Assembly (NCBI GenBank): GCA_037481815.1
Contig: JBBFKX010000003.1
Coordinates: forward strand, 64,001 to 128,000
DNA: 64,000 nt
From: a candidate division WOR-3 bacterium
GTDB taxonomy: Bacteria > Hydrothermota > 32-111
Reading direction: 5' to 3'
In this document: piece after piece, positions 1 to 8,393 of the stretch
Layout: every line of letters begins with the position of its first letter
Numbering within the stretch: the stretch's first letter is position 1
Made by a program: the position numbers and the translations under genes
The notes under the pieces: model-generated
Seen by the model: the letters and a program-made list of their open reading frames with translations, nothing else
Database searches by the model: none
What the model was told of the DNA's origin: nothing

Positions 1-281
1 ACGAGTATATCGCCGAGTCTTTTTTTCGATTTTATTTCTTCCTGATATTCGAGAGCTTTTTCCAACTGTTCTTTTGTGATGTCGTTTGATTTTAACAGAA
101 GATTCCCGATCCTTTCCTCTCTGTTGACTATAGAACAATAAATTATTTTTCCATCCTTGAAAAATATATCACCAAAATTTTTCTTATCCGAAACACTCAA
201 AACTCCAGTTTTTCTTCCAAGAGAAAGTAACTGGATTATATCCGGCAAAGATGCTTCCTGTAAATTTCCCCTTATGGCCAT
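1..281 (-). CDS. DUF4388-domain protein with MshEN-like motif (runs off the window edge, 3' part missing)
   Basis: Not in the ORF track; translated by hand from ATG 281: MAIRGNLQEASLPDIIQLLSLGRKTGVLSVSDKKNFGDIFFKDGKIIYCSIVNREERIGNLLLKSNDITKEQLEKALEYQEEIKSKKRLGDIL. 'G.L....L.DIIQLL....KTG.L' is typical of DUF4388; 'RIG..LL....IT..QL..AL..Q......RLG' resembles MshEN. Confidence 0.75.
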   Translation of the reverse strand, partial: MAIRGNLQEASLPDIIQLLSLGRKTGVLSVSDKKNFGDIFFKDGKIIYCSIVNREERIGNLLLKSNDITKEQLEKALEYQEEIKSKKRLGDIL

Positions 282-283
282 TT

Positions 284-1942
284 TCAAACCTCAAACTCTA
301 CATACAACCTATCGGTATCATTTATCCACTCTTTAATCAATTTTGAAGAATCGAATCCACCTTTTTTAACAAACTCTCTCTTTTTGATCGTTCCAGATGG
401 GAAAATTTTCTTTATCAGTTCTTCGGTTATATTCGTTTCATATTTTTTCAATTCAAGAAAATATCTTTCTATCTCTGACAGCGGAGTAGTAACATAATCA
501 AGAAGGAAATTGAAAAGAAAATCGTTTATCTTGATTCCATATTTTAAAAGTAAATTTTTATACACATTCTTTTTTATAAAAAGTGATGTTGGCTGAATAT
601 TGTAAGAGGTGTATTTGTTGAACATATCGAGGATCTCTCTATCATCGATACTGAATTTTCTTTGTAGAGTTATTACTTTCACAACATTGTTTGATAAAAT
701 ATTCTTTATCACTGGAACGTTTTCTCTTTTTTCGTAGATCTTATCCAGATCATCGATCAAAACAAGATCCACCTCGTTTATAAATTTCATAACATAAAAA
801 TTGTTTGCAGCCTGCTGTATATTATTTCTGTTTATGAAGATAACCCTTTTATCAACCAAACTGTTAAAGAGTCCATTCAGAATATGCGTTTTTCCTGTTC
901 CAGGACTACCGGTTATCAAAACTATTTTATCAGTATTAACTCCATTGATTATTTCACCGATCTTATTTATAACCGATCTGTTAGAAGAATCTATAACAAA
1001 ATTGTTCAAATTCATCAGAATACTTGTTTCCTTTTCAAAAAAAGTAAAATAGTTTATTTTTTCTTTTAAAAGATCAATTTTTTCTTTCAAGATCTCGACA
1101 CGATCTGGATCAAAAAGCATCGATTCAATCTCTTGTGCTTCAGTTTTAAACTTTTTCACATTAAGAAGTCCAAACTCCTTATGTAATTCCATAAGTTTTT
1201 TTACATTCTCGGTAAACTTCTCAAACTCTTTTCTGATATAGCCGGTATCTTTTGAATTAATAACATTTTTAAGATGTTCAACGTTGAAGCCTTTCATCTC
1301 CCAGACATAAAGTTTTTCTATAAATTCCTCTTTACTTTCCTGCTCATCGAGTTTTTCTTCTACTCCTGCCTCCTGTTTTACCTGGGTTATGAAATCAACA
1401 AAGTTTATAAAATTGTTATTGATTTTCTTTTCCTTTATAAGGTTATATATTTTAAACTGTAATAAAAACTCCCTTATCCTCTCAATATTTTTTATTTCTT
1501 CAACTTTTTTTGATGATGTAATCAAAAGAAAAGTGTTCGACTTTAAACCCAAAAAAAGTTCCTCAACAAATTTTGAAAGTTCAGGATGTTTTTCTATATG
1601 ATCAAAATTTTTTACAAGGAGAATGTTTGCATAGGGAAAAATGTTTTTGTATTTGAGAAGGGTATCAGTTTTTTTTAGTTCAAAAATTTCTTTAAAATCA
1701 AGAACAAAAAGATAAAGTTCCCGAAACTTTCTTGAAAGATCAAAAAAAAGTTTATCAACAAATTCGTTTCCCGTTCCATCGTTAGAGTAAACTATTTCAA
1801 ATCTGCTTGTAAGATACCCAGTTGATAATGAATAGGAATACTCAGATTTTAAAAATGGATCTTCAGGTAAATTTTCTTTTACCGACTTGATACTAAAAAC
1901 TGTAAAATTTTCTTGAAATTCCTTTATATCATTTTGGTTCAT
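284..1942 (-). CDS. DnaA/Hda-family AAA+ protein with two ATPase-like modules and no DnaA DNA-binding domain IV
   Basis: C-terminal half: 'LNNFVIDSSNR', Walker A GSPGTGKTH, Walker B LVLIDDL. N-terminal half has a degenerate DnaA-like segment (ILLVKNFD...LLITSSKKVEEI). Confidence 0.65.
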   Translation of the reverse strand: MNQNDIKEFQENFTVFSIKSVKENLPEDPFLKSEYSYSLSTGYLTSRFEIVYSNDGTGNEFVDKLFFDLSRKFRELYLFVLDFKEIFELKKTDTLLKYKNIFPYANILLVKNFDHIEKHPELSKFVEELFLGLKSNTFLLITSSKKVEEIKNIERIREFLLQFKIYNLIKEKKINNNFINFVDFITQVKQEAGVEEKLDEQESKEEFIEKLYVWEMKGFNVEHLKNVINSKDTGYIRKEFEKFTENVKKLMELHKEFGLLNVKKFKTEAQEIESMLFDPDRVEILKEKIDLLKEKINYFTFFEKETSILMNLNNFVIDSSNRSVINKIGEIINGVNTDKIVLITGSPGTGKTHILNGLFNSLVDKRVIFINRNNIQQAANNFYVMKFINEVDLVLIDDLDKIYEKRENVPVIKNILSNNVVKVITLQRKFSIDDREILDMFNKYTSYNIQPTSLFIKKNVYKNLLLKYGIKINDFLFNFLLDYVTTPLSEIERYFLELKKYETNITEELIKKIFPSGTIKKREFVKKGGFDSSKLIKEWINDTDRLYVEFEV

Positions 1943-2544
1943 CTTTTATTTTTTTCAAATCTAGTTGTAAGATTCTTTATAACAGAAAACATCGACTCTT
2001 TGAGTGTTTCTAAAACACCTACTCCCTTCGTTGCAACCGACTCAAAACTCTTCCATTCGTTTTTAAGTTGAAGAGTCGTTTTTATGGTTTCAATATCAAG
2101 AGCTGTTGGAAGATCCCTTTTATTGTACTGAATAATGAGAGGAATATTTTCTATCGATAGATTGTTTTCCTTTAGGTTTATTACAAGATTTTCAAAAGAT
2201 TCTATATTATCTTCCATCCTATCAGCCTGTGAATCGATAACAAAGACAACTCCATCGGCACCCTGTAAAACGAGTTTTCTCGTTGAATCGTAATAAACCT
2301 GACCGGGAACAGTATAGAGCTGGAATTTTGCATTGAAGTTACCAATTTTGCCAACATCAAAAGGTAGAAAATCGAAAAATAAAGTTCTATCCATTTCGGT
2401 TGCAAGTGATGTCATCTCTCCCCTTTTGTCAGGTGGAATTTTACTGAATATGTATTGAAGGTTTGTTGTCTTCCCTGACCTTCCAGGACCATAATAAACT
2501 ATCTTACAGATTATCTCTTTTTTTGCATAATTTACAAGTGACAT
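1939..2544 (-). CDS. mglA: MglA-family small GTPase (motility/polarity)
   Basis: KIVYYGPGRSGKTTNL, DRTLFFDFLP, LYTVPGQV, NKRD motifs. Start moved to ATG 2544 (MSLVNY), which follows a GAGGT SD. Confidence 0.93.
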   Translation of the reverse strand: MSLVNYAKKEIICKIVYYGPGRSGKTTNLQYIFSKIPPDKRGEMTSLATEMDRTLFFDFLPFDVGKIGNFNAKFQLYTVPGQVYYDSTRKLVLQGADGVVFVIDSQADRMEDNIESFENLVINLKENNLSIENIPLIIQYNKRDLPTALDIETIKTTLQLKNEWKSFESVATKGVGVLETLKESMFSVIKNLTTRFEKNKR

Positions 2545-2551
2545 AATTACC

Positions 2552-3655
2552 TCAATCACCTTTTATCGTGTTGAAAACATCCGCATCGGTTGATTCTATT
2601 CCCCTTAACTTTAATTTGAACTCATCAACATTTGTAACCGATTGTATAGCGTCTTCATACGAAATGATTCCACTTTTGTACAATCTCATGATCGACTGAT
2701 CGAATGTATGCATCTGATACATCGAACCTTCTTCTATAGCTGTTGGGATAAGAAGTGTTTTTATCGGATCAAGGAGGTATTCTTTTATCGTTGGTGTATT
2801 TATCATAACTTCCGTTGCAGGAACTCTTCCCTTTCCATCGATTCTTGGAAGTAATCTTAAAGAGATAACCCCAACAAGTGTTGTTGCAAGTAGAACCCTT
2901 ATGTGTTGCTGCTGGTGTGGTGGATAGAATGATAAGATTCTGTTTATAGTTTCTGAAGCGTTCAGAGTATGCAGGGTTGAAAGAACAAGATGTCCAGTAT
3001 CTGCTGCTTTGATAGCGACATCCATAGTATCAACATCTCTTATCTCTCCCATAAGTATTATATCTGGATCCTGTCTTAGAACATGTTTCAAAGCACTCTC
3101 GTAAGAGTTCGTATCGTTACCAACTTCTCTTTGAGAGATAACGGACTTTTTATCTCTGAAAAGATACTCTATGGGATCCTCTATTGTGATGATATTTTTT
3201 GAATGGTTCTCATTTATGTATTCTATCATCGCAGCGAGTGTTGTCGATTTTCCTGAACCTGTCGTTCCAGTTGTAAGAATGAGCCCCCTCGGCTTTTCTG
3301 CCATCTCTTTTAAAACAGGTGGAAGGTTCAGTTCATCTATAGATTTTGCAGATATCGGTATCGTTCTCATCGCTATAGCAACACTTCCCCTCTGAAGGTA
3401 AACGTTTACCCTGAATCTTGATAAGCCAGCAACTCCTATCGCAAAATCGATCTCTTTTTTTGTTGCGAATTCTTCCTGTTGAGATTTTGTCATTATTTTT
3501 AAGGCAATATTTCTCAACTCATCCGGGCTCATCGGTTCTTCTTTTAAAATTTGCAATTTTCCATCTATCCTTAAAATCGGTGGAGTTCCCGCCTTCAGAT
3601 GAAGGTCTGATGCTCCGTCCTTTACCATTTTTTCAAGTAAAGCTTTCAATTCCAT
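2552..3655 (-). CDS. pilT: PilT/PilU-family type IV pilus retraction ATPase
   Basis: ASDLHL, Walker A GTTGSGKSTT, TIEDPIE, LRQDPD.ILMGEIRD, TGHLVLSTLH. The AIRNLIRE motif is absent, so it may be PilU-like. Confidence 0.88.
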   Translation of the reverse strand: MELKALLEKMVKDGASDLHLKAGTPPILRIDGKLQILKEEPMSPDELRNIALKIMTKSQQEEFATKKEIDFAIGVAGLSRFRVNVYLQRGSVAIAMRTIPISAKSIDELNLPPVLKEMAEKPRGLILTTGTTGSGKSTTLAAMIEYINENHSKNIITIEDPIEYLFRDKKSVISQREVGNDTNSYESALKHVLRQDPDIILMGEIRDVDTMDVAIKAADTGHLVLSTLHTLNASETINRILSFYPPHQQQHIRVLLATTLVGVISLRLLPRIDGKGRVPATEVMINTPTIKEYLLDPIKTLLIPTAIEEGSMYQMHTFDQSIMRLYKSGIISYEDAIQSVTNVDEFKLKLRGIESTDADVFNTIKGD

Positions 3656-3667
3656 ATTCTCTCCTTA

Positions 3668-4225
3668 TTATACTCTTTCAACATACTCGCCGGTTCTTGT
3701 ATCTATTTTTATTTTATCTCCAACATTCAAAAAAAGTGGAACTGTAACTCTAAGCCCTGTATCACAAACAGCAGGTTTACTACCACCAGATACAGTGTTC
3801 CCCCTAACTCCTGGCTCAGTTTCCACTATCTCAAGTTCAACAAAGATTGGTACTTCAATATCAATAACTCTATCACCAACAGAGAGTAAAGTAACATCCA
3901 TATTTTCTTTTAAATAGAATCTTTTTTCCTGCAATATATCTTCTGTCAAACTTATCTGCTCATATGTCTCATTGTTCATAAAAATATATTCTCCTCCATC
4001 TCTGTATAAAAATTGAAACGGATTCCTTTCAAGTTTTATCTCGTTCAAACTTTTTCCGGAATCAAAGGTCATATCGATGATATTACCATTTTCAAGATTC
4101 CGCAACTTCGTTCTCACGAATGCACCACCTTTACCCGGTTTAACATGCTGGAAATCGACAACGAGATAAATTTTACCTTCATATTCAAAAGCAAAACCTT
4201 TTCTAATATCAGCTGTTGTAGCCAT
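3668..4225 (-). CDS. efp: Translation elongation factor P
   Basis: HVKPGKGGAFVRTKL, PGVRGNT, VPLF...GD.IKIDTRTGEY. Confidence 0.97.
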   Translation of the reverse strand: MATTADIRKGFAFEYEGKIYLVVDFQHVKPGKGGAFVRTKLRNLENGNIIDMTFDSGKSLNEIKLERNPFQFLYRDGGEYIFMNNETYEQISLTEDILQEKRFYLKENMDVTLLSVGDRVIDIEVPIFVELEIVETEPGVRGNTVSGGSKPAVCDTGLRVTVPLFLNVGDKIKIDTRTGEYVERV

Positions 4226-4235
4226 TAAACCTCCA

Positions 4236-5648
4236 TCATTTTTTCTTTTGGTTTATAAATTTTATCCATTCTTGAAAATTCCCATCAAAAGAAGATTTTT
4301 CCTGTTTTTTTTCTTCAGTTTTGTTTTCATCATCCTGTTTCTTGATCTCGTAATCAACTTCTTTTTTTTCTTCTATTTTTTCTTCAGATTCCTTTTTCTC
4401 TGTTTCTTCTACAACGGTTTTATTTCCCATCTGTTCAACATTTTTTGTTTCAAATGCGACATTCTCTTCAAGGTTACCAAATTTTTTTTCGAAATCAACT
4501 TTTTCCTCTTCAGAAACATTTTCGAAAGATAAAGATCTGTTCAATTTTTCAATAAACTCGGCTCTATTTTCTTTTTTCTCACCCTCATCACTTTTGAACA
4601 TTTCTTCGTCAACTTCCTCTTTTATCATGAGTTCTCTAAGGGTTCTTATCTTTTCTGCATATCTTTCCTCATCGGGATTCTGACGAAGAAGAGTTTGGTA
4701 AATATCTATCGCTTTTTCATACTTTTTCTGTTCAACATATATGTTGGCCATCTCTTCTGAAAAGTACAGAAACCTTTTTGTTCCACTCAACTCATAAGGA
4801 ATAATCTTTTCCTCTTTCTTATCTTCCTTTTTTATGAACGGATCAACATCCTTTTTAATGAATTTTTCTTCATCGATTATTCCAACACCTTTTTTTTCTG
4901 TGGTTTCATCTTTCTCTGTATTATCAGTGTTAATTTTTTCCTCTTTTGTAAAAGTGAAAGAAGTTTTTGAATGTTCTAAAACCATTTCCTTGTCTTCTTT
5001 TGTTTCAACCTTTTTCTCTTTTTCCACTTGTTTTTCATTTTTAGTTTGTTCTTTTTTCTCTTCCTTTTTTTCTTCCTCGTCAAAACTTATCACATTTGAG
5101 GAATGCTGGATGATAAAGTCATCAACTATTTTTTTCTCTTCGAAAGCATCTTTTTGAACAACTTCTTTCTTTTCTTCCTCTTTTTTCTTTAAAAGTTTTT
5201 CTTTTTCTTCTTTTATACGATTTTCCTCCTCAATTTTTCCTCTGATTATCTTCAACTCCCTTTTCGCATCTTCGTTAAGAGGATCAAGGAAAAGAATCGT
5301 ATCGTAAAGTTTTAAGGCCTCCTGTAAGTTACCTTCCCTTTTTTTTATTTCAGCGAGTTCAGAAAAAGCAACTATGTTCTGAGGATCAAGTTTGATAACC
5401 TTTTCAAAATTTTTTGAAGCGTTAACAAAATCTTTTTTTTCTTTCAGAGCTTTTCCATAAAGAATAAGTGCTGAAACATTGTCAACATTGTATCTCAGCC
5501 CCTCTTTTAAAACGGCAAGAGATTCATCAACCATATTTACTTTTAAATAAATGTTTGCAAGTTTAATAAAAGATTTAGATTTAGGATTCCTGGAAATATC
5601 TTCAAGTAATTCTTTTATCTCTTTTTCATACATACTGTAAGAGTTCAA
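4236..5648 (-). CDS. TPR-repeat protein with long charged (E/K-rich) linkers
   Basis: N-terminal TPRs (A..LYGKAL...DFVNASKNFEKVIKLDPQN) and a further TPR (MANIYVEQKKYEKAIDIYQTLLRQNPD). Start set at TTG 5648 after GGAGG; the track start at 5711 lies upstream of the promoter. Confidence 0.75.
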   Translation of the reverse strand: MNSYSMYEKEIKELLEDISRNPKSKSFIKLANIYLKVNMVDESLAVLKEGLRYNVDNVSALILYGKALKEKKDFVNASKNFEKVIKLDPQNIVAFSELAEIKKREGNLQEALKLYDTILFLDPLNEDAKRELKIIRGKIEEENRIKEEKEKLLKKKEEEKKEVVQKDAFEEKKIVDDFIIQHSSNVISFDEEEKKEEKKEQTKNEKQVEKEKKVETKEDKEMVLEHSKTSFTFTKEEKINTDNTEKDETTEKKGVGIIDEEKFIKKDVDPFIKKEDKKEEKIIPYELSGTKRFLYFSEEMANIYVEQKKYEKAIDIYQTLLRQNPDEERYAEKIRTLRELMIKEEVDEEMFKSDEGEKKENRAEFIEKLNRSLSFENVSEEEKVDFEKKFGNLEENVAFETKNVEQMGNKTVVEETEKKESEEKIEEKKEVDYEIKKQDDENKTEEKKQEKSSFDGNFQEWIKFINQKKK

Positions 5649-5679
5649 AGTTCCTCCGTTGAGATTCTTTAAAATAAAA

Positions 5680-5708
5680 ATTATAATTAAAATATATAAA
5701 AGTGTCAA
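5680..5708 (-). promoter_or_regulatory. Consensus sigma70 promoter of the TPR-efp-pilT-mglA operon
   Basis: TTGACA(5708-5703)-17 nt-TATAAT(5685-5680). Confidence 0.8.
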
Positions 5709-5721
5709 CAACTCTTTTTCA

Positions 5722-5750
5722 TTGATTTTTTGTTTATAATTTAATATAAT
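5722..5750 (+). promoter_or_regulatory. sigma70 promoter, probably giving a leaderless mRNA
   Basis: TTGATT(5722)-17 nt-TATAAT(5745-5750); 6 nt separate it from ATG 5757; no SD. Confidence 0.6.
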
Positions 5751-5756
5751 TTAATA

Positions 5757-6101
5757 ATGAAAAGAATCATTCTTGTTGAAGACGATCTCGACATAATTGA
5801 ACTTTTACTCGATGTTCTTTCAGACAAATATCAGATCTTTTATGAAACAAATGTTGAGAACTTTTTTAAACGTACAGATATAGAAACTTTTGACCTTATC
5901 ATTACCGACTATCTTCTCGACAAATATTCAGCGAAAGATATATTAGAAAAGTATGTTCATAAAAAAATTCTAATAATTTCTGCATTATCCATTACATCAC
6001 AGGAGATTTCAAGATTTGTTGACAATAAAAGAGTTTTCTATCTACAAAAACCTTTTCTTATCGATACTCTTATTTCAACGGTTGATAAAATTATAACTTG
6101 A
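5757..6101 (+). CDS. Single-domain response regulator (CheY-like receiver)
   Basis: ILVEDD, DLIITDY (phosphoacceptor Asp), ISA, LQKPF. Confidence 0.85.
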   Translation: MKRIILVEDDLDIIELLLDVLSDKYQIFYETNVENFFKRTDIETFDLIITDYLLDKYSAKDILEKYVHKKILIISALSITSQEISRFVDNKRVFYLQKPFLIDTLISTVDKIIT

Positions 6102-6729
6102 ATTTTTCAAAACTTTTTAAAGTTTCAAGATATTCTTCACCTTTTAACATACTTTTAAAATGGTCAAGTGATAAAAAGAGATAAATCAATGCAAAAATTA
6201 TAGCCATCCCAACATATACTGTAGGGTACTTTTGAAAATAAAGGATCAAAGGAAAGAGTGTAAAAAGTATTAAACCCAAAAGAGCAGGCCTTTTCATTAT
6301 TGGTGTTAAGATCAAAAAGATGAAAAGGTATGAAATCAGGATTTCCGGAAATAACGCAAGAAGTACTCCTAATGTTGTTGCAAGCCCTTTTCCTCCCTTA
6401 AAATTTAAAAATATAGGAAAAATATGTCCCAAAACAGATATTACTCCTGCAAAAATCAGTAGGAGATCTTTTTGTGAAAAATTTTCCGGAAGAATTTTTT
6501 TTACTACGATAACAGATATAGCACCTTTGGAAATATCGAAAATCAAAGTTAAAACACCGATAAATGTTCCTCCCTCGATTAAAACATTTGTCGCTCCTAT
6601 ATTTTTTCTTTTTCCCTCTTTTCTTATATCTCTTCCTGTTTTCAACTTATAGAATACATATCCAGACGGAAAAGAACCAATAAGGTAAGAAAGAATCAAA
6701 AATAAGATAAGATAGAGATACACTTGCAT
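6091..6729 (-). CDS. plsY: Glycerol-3-phosphate acyltransferase PlsY
   Basis: YLIGSFPSG, NIGATNV, DISKG, GHIFPIFLNFKGGKGLAT. Confidence 0.92.
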   Translation of the reverse strand: MQVYLYLILFLILSYLIGSFPSGYVFYKLKTGRDIRKEGKRKNIGATNVLIEGGTFIGVLTLIFDISKGAISVIVVKKILPENFSQKDLLLIFAGVISVLGHIFPIFLNFKGGKGLATTLGVLLALFPEILISYLFIFLILTPIMKRPALLGLILFTLFPLILYFQKYPTVYVGMAIIFALIYLFLSLDHFKSMLKGEEYLETLKSFEKFKL

Positions 6730-6744
6730 TTATTCTCTTATTGT

Positions 6745-6777
6745 AAAAAAAGAGGGCTTTTTTAAAAGCCCTCTTTT
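6745..6777 (-). terminator. Intrinsic terminator after pilQ
   Basis: Hairpin AAAAGAGGGCTTTT/AAAAGCCCTCTTTT followed by a T tract on the minus strand. Confidence 0.8.
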
Positions 6778-6783
6778 ATCTTT

Positions 6784-8385
6784 TTATTTTATATCCCTTA
6801 TTATGTGTGGAGTGATGAAGATCAAAACTTCTTTGTTATTTTTTGTAGATATATCCCTTTTGAAAAGATTACCCAAAATCGGTATAGCCCTTAAAATTGG
6901 TATTCCACTTTCAGATCTCTGATCCTCTGTAAGGATGAAACCACCCATCACAACAGTTTCACCATCTGAAACCATCTGAACAGTTTTTGCCTGTGTCTTA
7001 TTTATTATTGGCTGTCCACCAGCATCAGCGGTAACAGTCGAAAGTTCCGCTTCTATTTCAAGAGTTATATCCTCTGCTGAGTTTACATGTGGTATCACAT
7101 TCAAAATTGTTCCCACTGTATATTTTGTATAATTAACTGTTCCATCAGTGTTTATAGTCGTTAGGAAAAATTCCTTTCCACCAAGAATATTCGCCTGTGT
7201 ATTGTTGGTTGTGGTTATCCTTGGATTTGAAACAGTTTTTGATTTTCCAACGACCTCAAGTGCATCGAGACGTGCGCTCAACTGTCCAAAATCTCTTGTT
7301 GTTCCTATTGTCACGGTTCCGGCTGTCATACTTGAAGGATCAACCCCTGGAATTCCTCCACCTATCGTCACCTGATTTATTCCCACATTGTTCAATGTCC
7401 ATGATATTCCAAGTTCTTTTGAATCGTTCAACTGGATCTCAACAACTTTTACAACGATTTCTACCTGGAGGTTTTTCTTATCCAGATCCTCTATAATACC
7501 CTGTATTCTGTTCTGAACATCCTGAATATCTTTCACGATTATCGAGTTTGTTCTTTCATCTATCGTTATGATACCTCTTTTCGATAGAACAGGTCTTAAA
7601 GAATTCTGTAAAATTTTTGGATTCGCAAATTCAAGTTTATATACCGTTGTTATCAAAGGTAACGCATCCTGCATCGCTGTTTGTTCGGATGAGAACTCTT
7701 TGTATGTTCCCACCCTTATCATATTTGGATACTCCTGATAGGTTAGTCCTGCTAACCTTGTTACCATATCAAAAATGTCTTTCCATGGAACATCTTTTAC
7801 ATGGATCGTGACTCTTCCGGTCACAGAACTTGATATTACAAGGTTTACTCCAACATAATCAGCGATTCCTCTTAACAGCGTCACAACATCAGCGTTTTCA
7901 ACATCGAGTGAGATCAAGAAATCTGAATTCTTTGATGTTACACCACCAGATTGTTCTTTGGATGTTGGTTTAGCGTTTGACGCTTTCCATACAGGGATAT
8001 CAGTGTTTACATTTTTATTCAGTTGAATAACGATATCGTTACCTTTATACTCCTTTGAATAAGCATACTTATCATCAGTTTCAATCATAACCCTTAAAAA
8101 GTTGGTCTCATAGTCCTTTATGATCTCAAACGAAATAATCCCTGAACCGTTGTTAACCTTATAGTATCCTCCATTTAATCCATTGTCTATACCTATAAGA
8201 TCGATAACGATCATGTTTGGTGAAGTTATCGAAAAATCTGTAAAATTGGCAACTTTATCAAGTGAAAATCTTATCTCCGTTTTTCCATTTTCAGTGTTAA
8301 CCGTTATATCGTTGAGAAGCCCAAGGGAAAAAGCTGAGATGGAGAGAAGAAAGACAAAGGACAAAATAAAAATTCTCTTAACCAT
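6784..8385 (-). CDS. pilQ: Type IV pilus secretin PilQ
   Basis: Signal peptide, AMIN-like N-terminus, N0/N3 domains (ISLDVENADV, IDERTNSIIV), secretin motif GIPILRAIPILGNLFK...LIFITPHII; last gene of pilMNOP. Confidence 0.92.
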   Translation of the reverse strand: MVKRIFILSFVFLLSISAFSLGLLNDITVNTENGKTEIRFSLDKVANFTDFSITSPNMIVIDLIGIDNGLNGGYYKVNNGSGIISFEIIKDYETNFLRVMIETDDKYAYSKEYKGNDIVIQLNKNVNTDIPVWKASNAKPTSKEQSGGVTSKNSDFLISLDVENADVVTLLRGIADYVGVNLVISSSVTGRVTIHVKDVPWKDIFDMVTRLAGLTYQEYPNMIRVGTYKEFSSEQTAMQDALPLITTVYKLEFANPKILQNSLRPVLSKRGIITIDERTNSIIVKDIQDVQNRIQGIIEDLDKKNLQVEIVVKVVEIQLNDSKELGISWTLNNVGINQVTIGGGIPGVDPSSMTAGTVTIGTTRDFGQLSARLDALEVVGKSKTVSNPRITTTNNTQANILGGKEFFLTTINTDGTVNYTKYTVGTILNVIPHVNSAEDITLEIEAELSTVTADAGGQPIINKTQAKTVQMVSDGETVVMGGFILTEDQRSESGIPILRAIPILGNLFKRDISTKNNKEVLIFITPHIIRDIK

Positions 8386-8393
8386 TTATTACC

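Noticed and set aside
284..1942. Calling this ORF the chromosomal initiator dnaA
   Set aside because: No domain IV (no RDHTTV-type motif), no arginine-finger segment, and no dnaN/gyrB/rpmH context.
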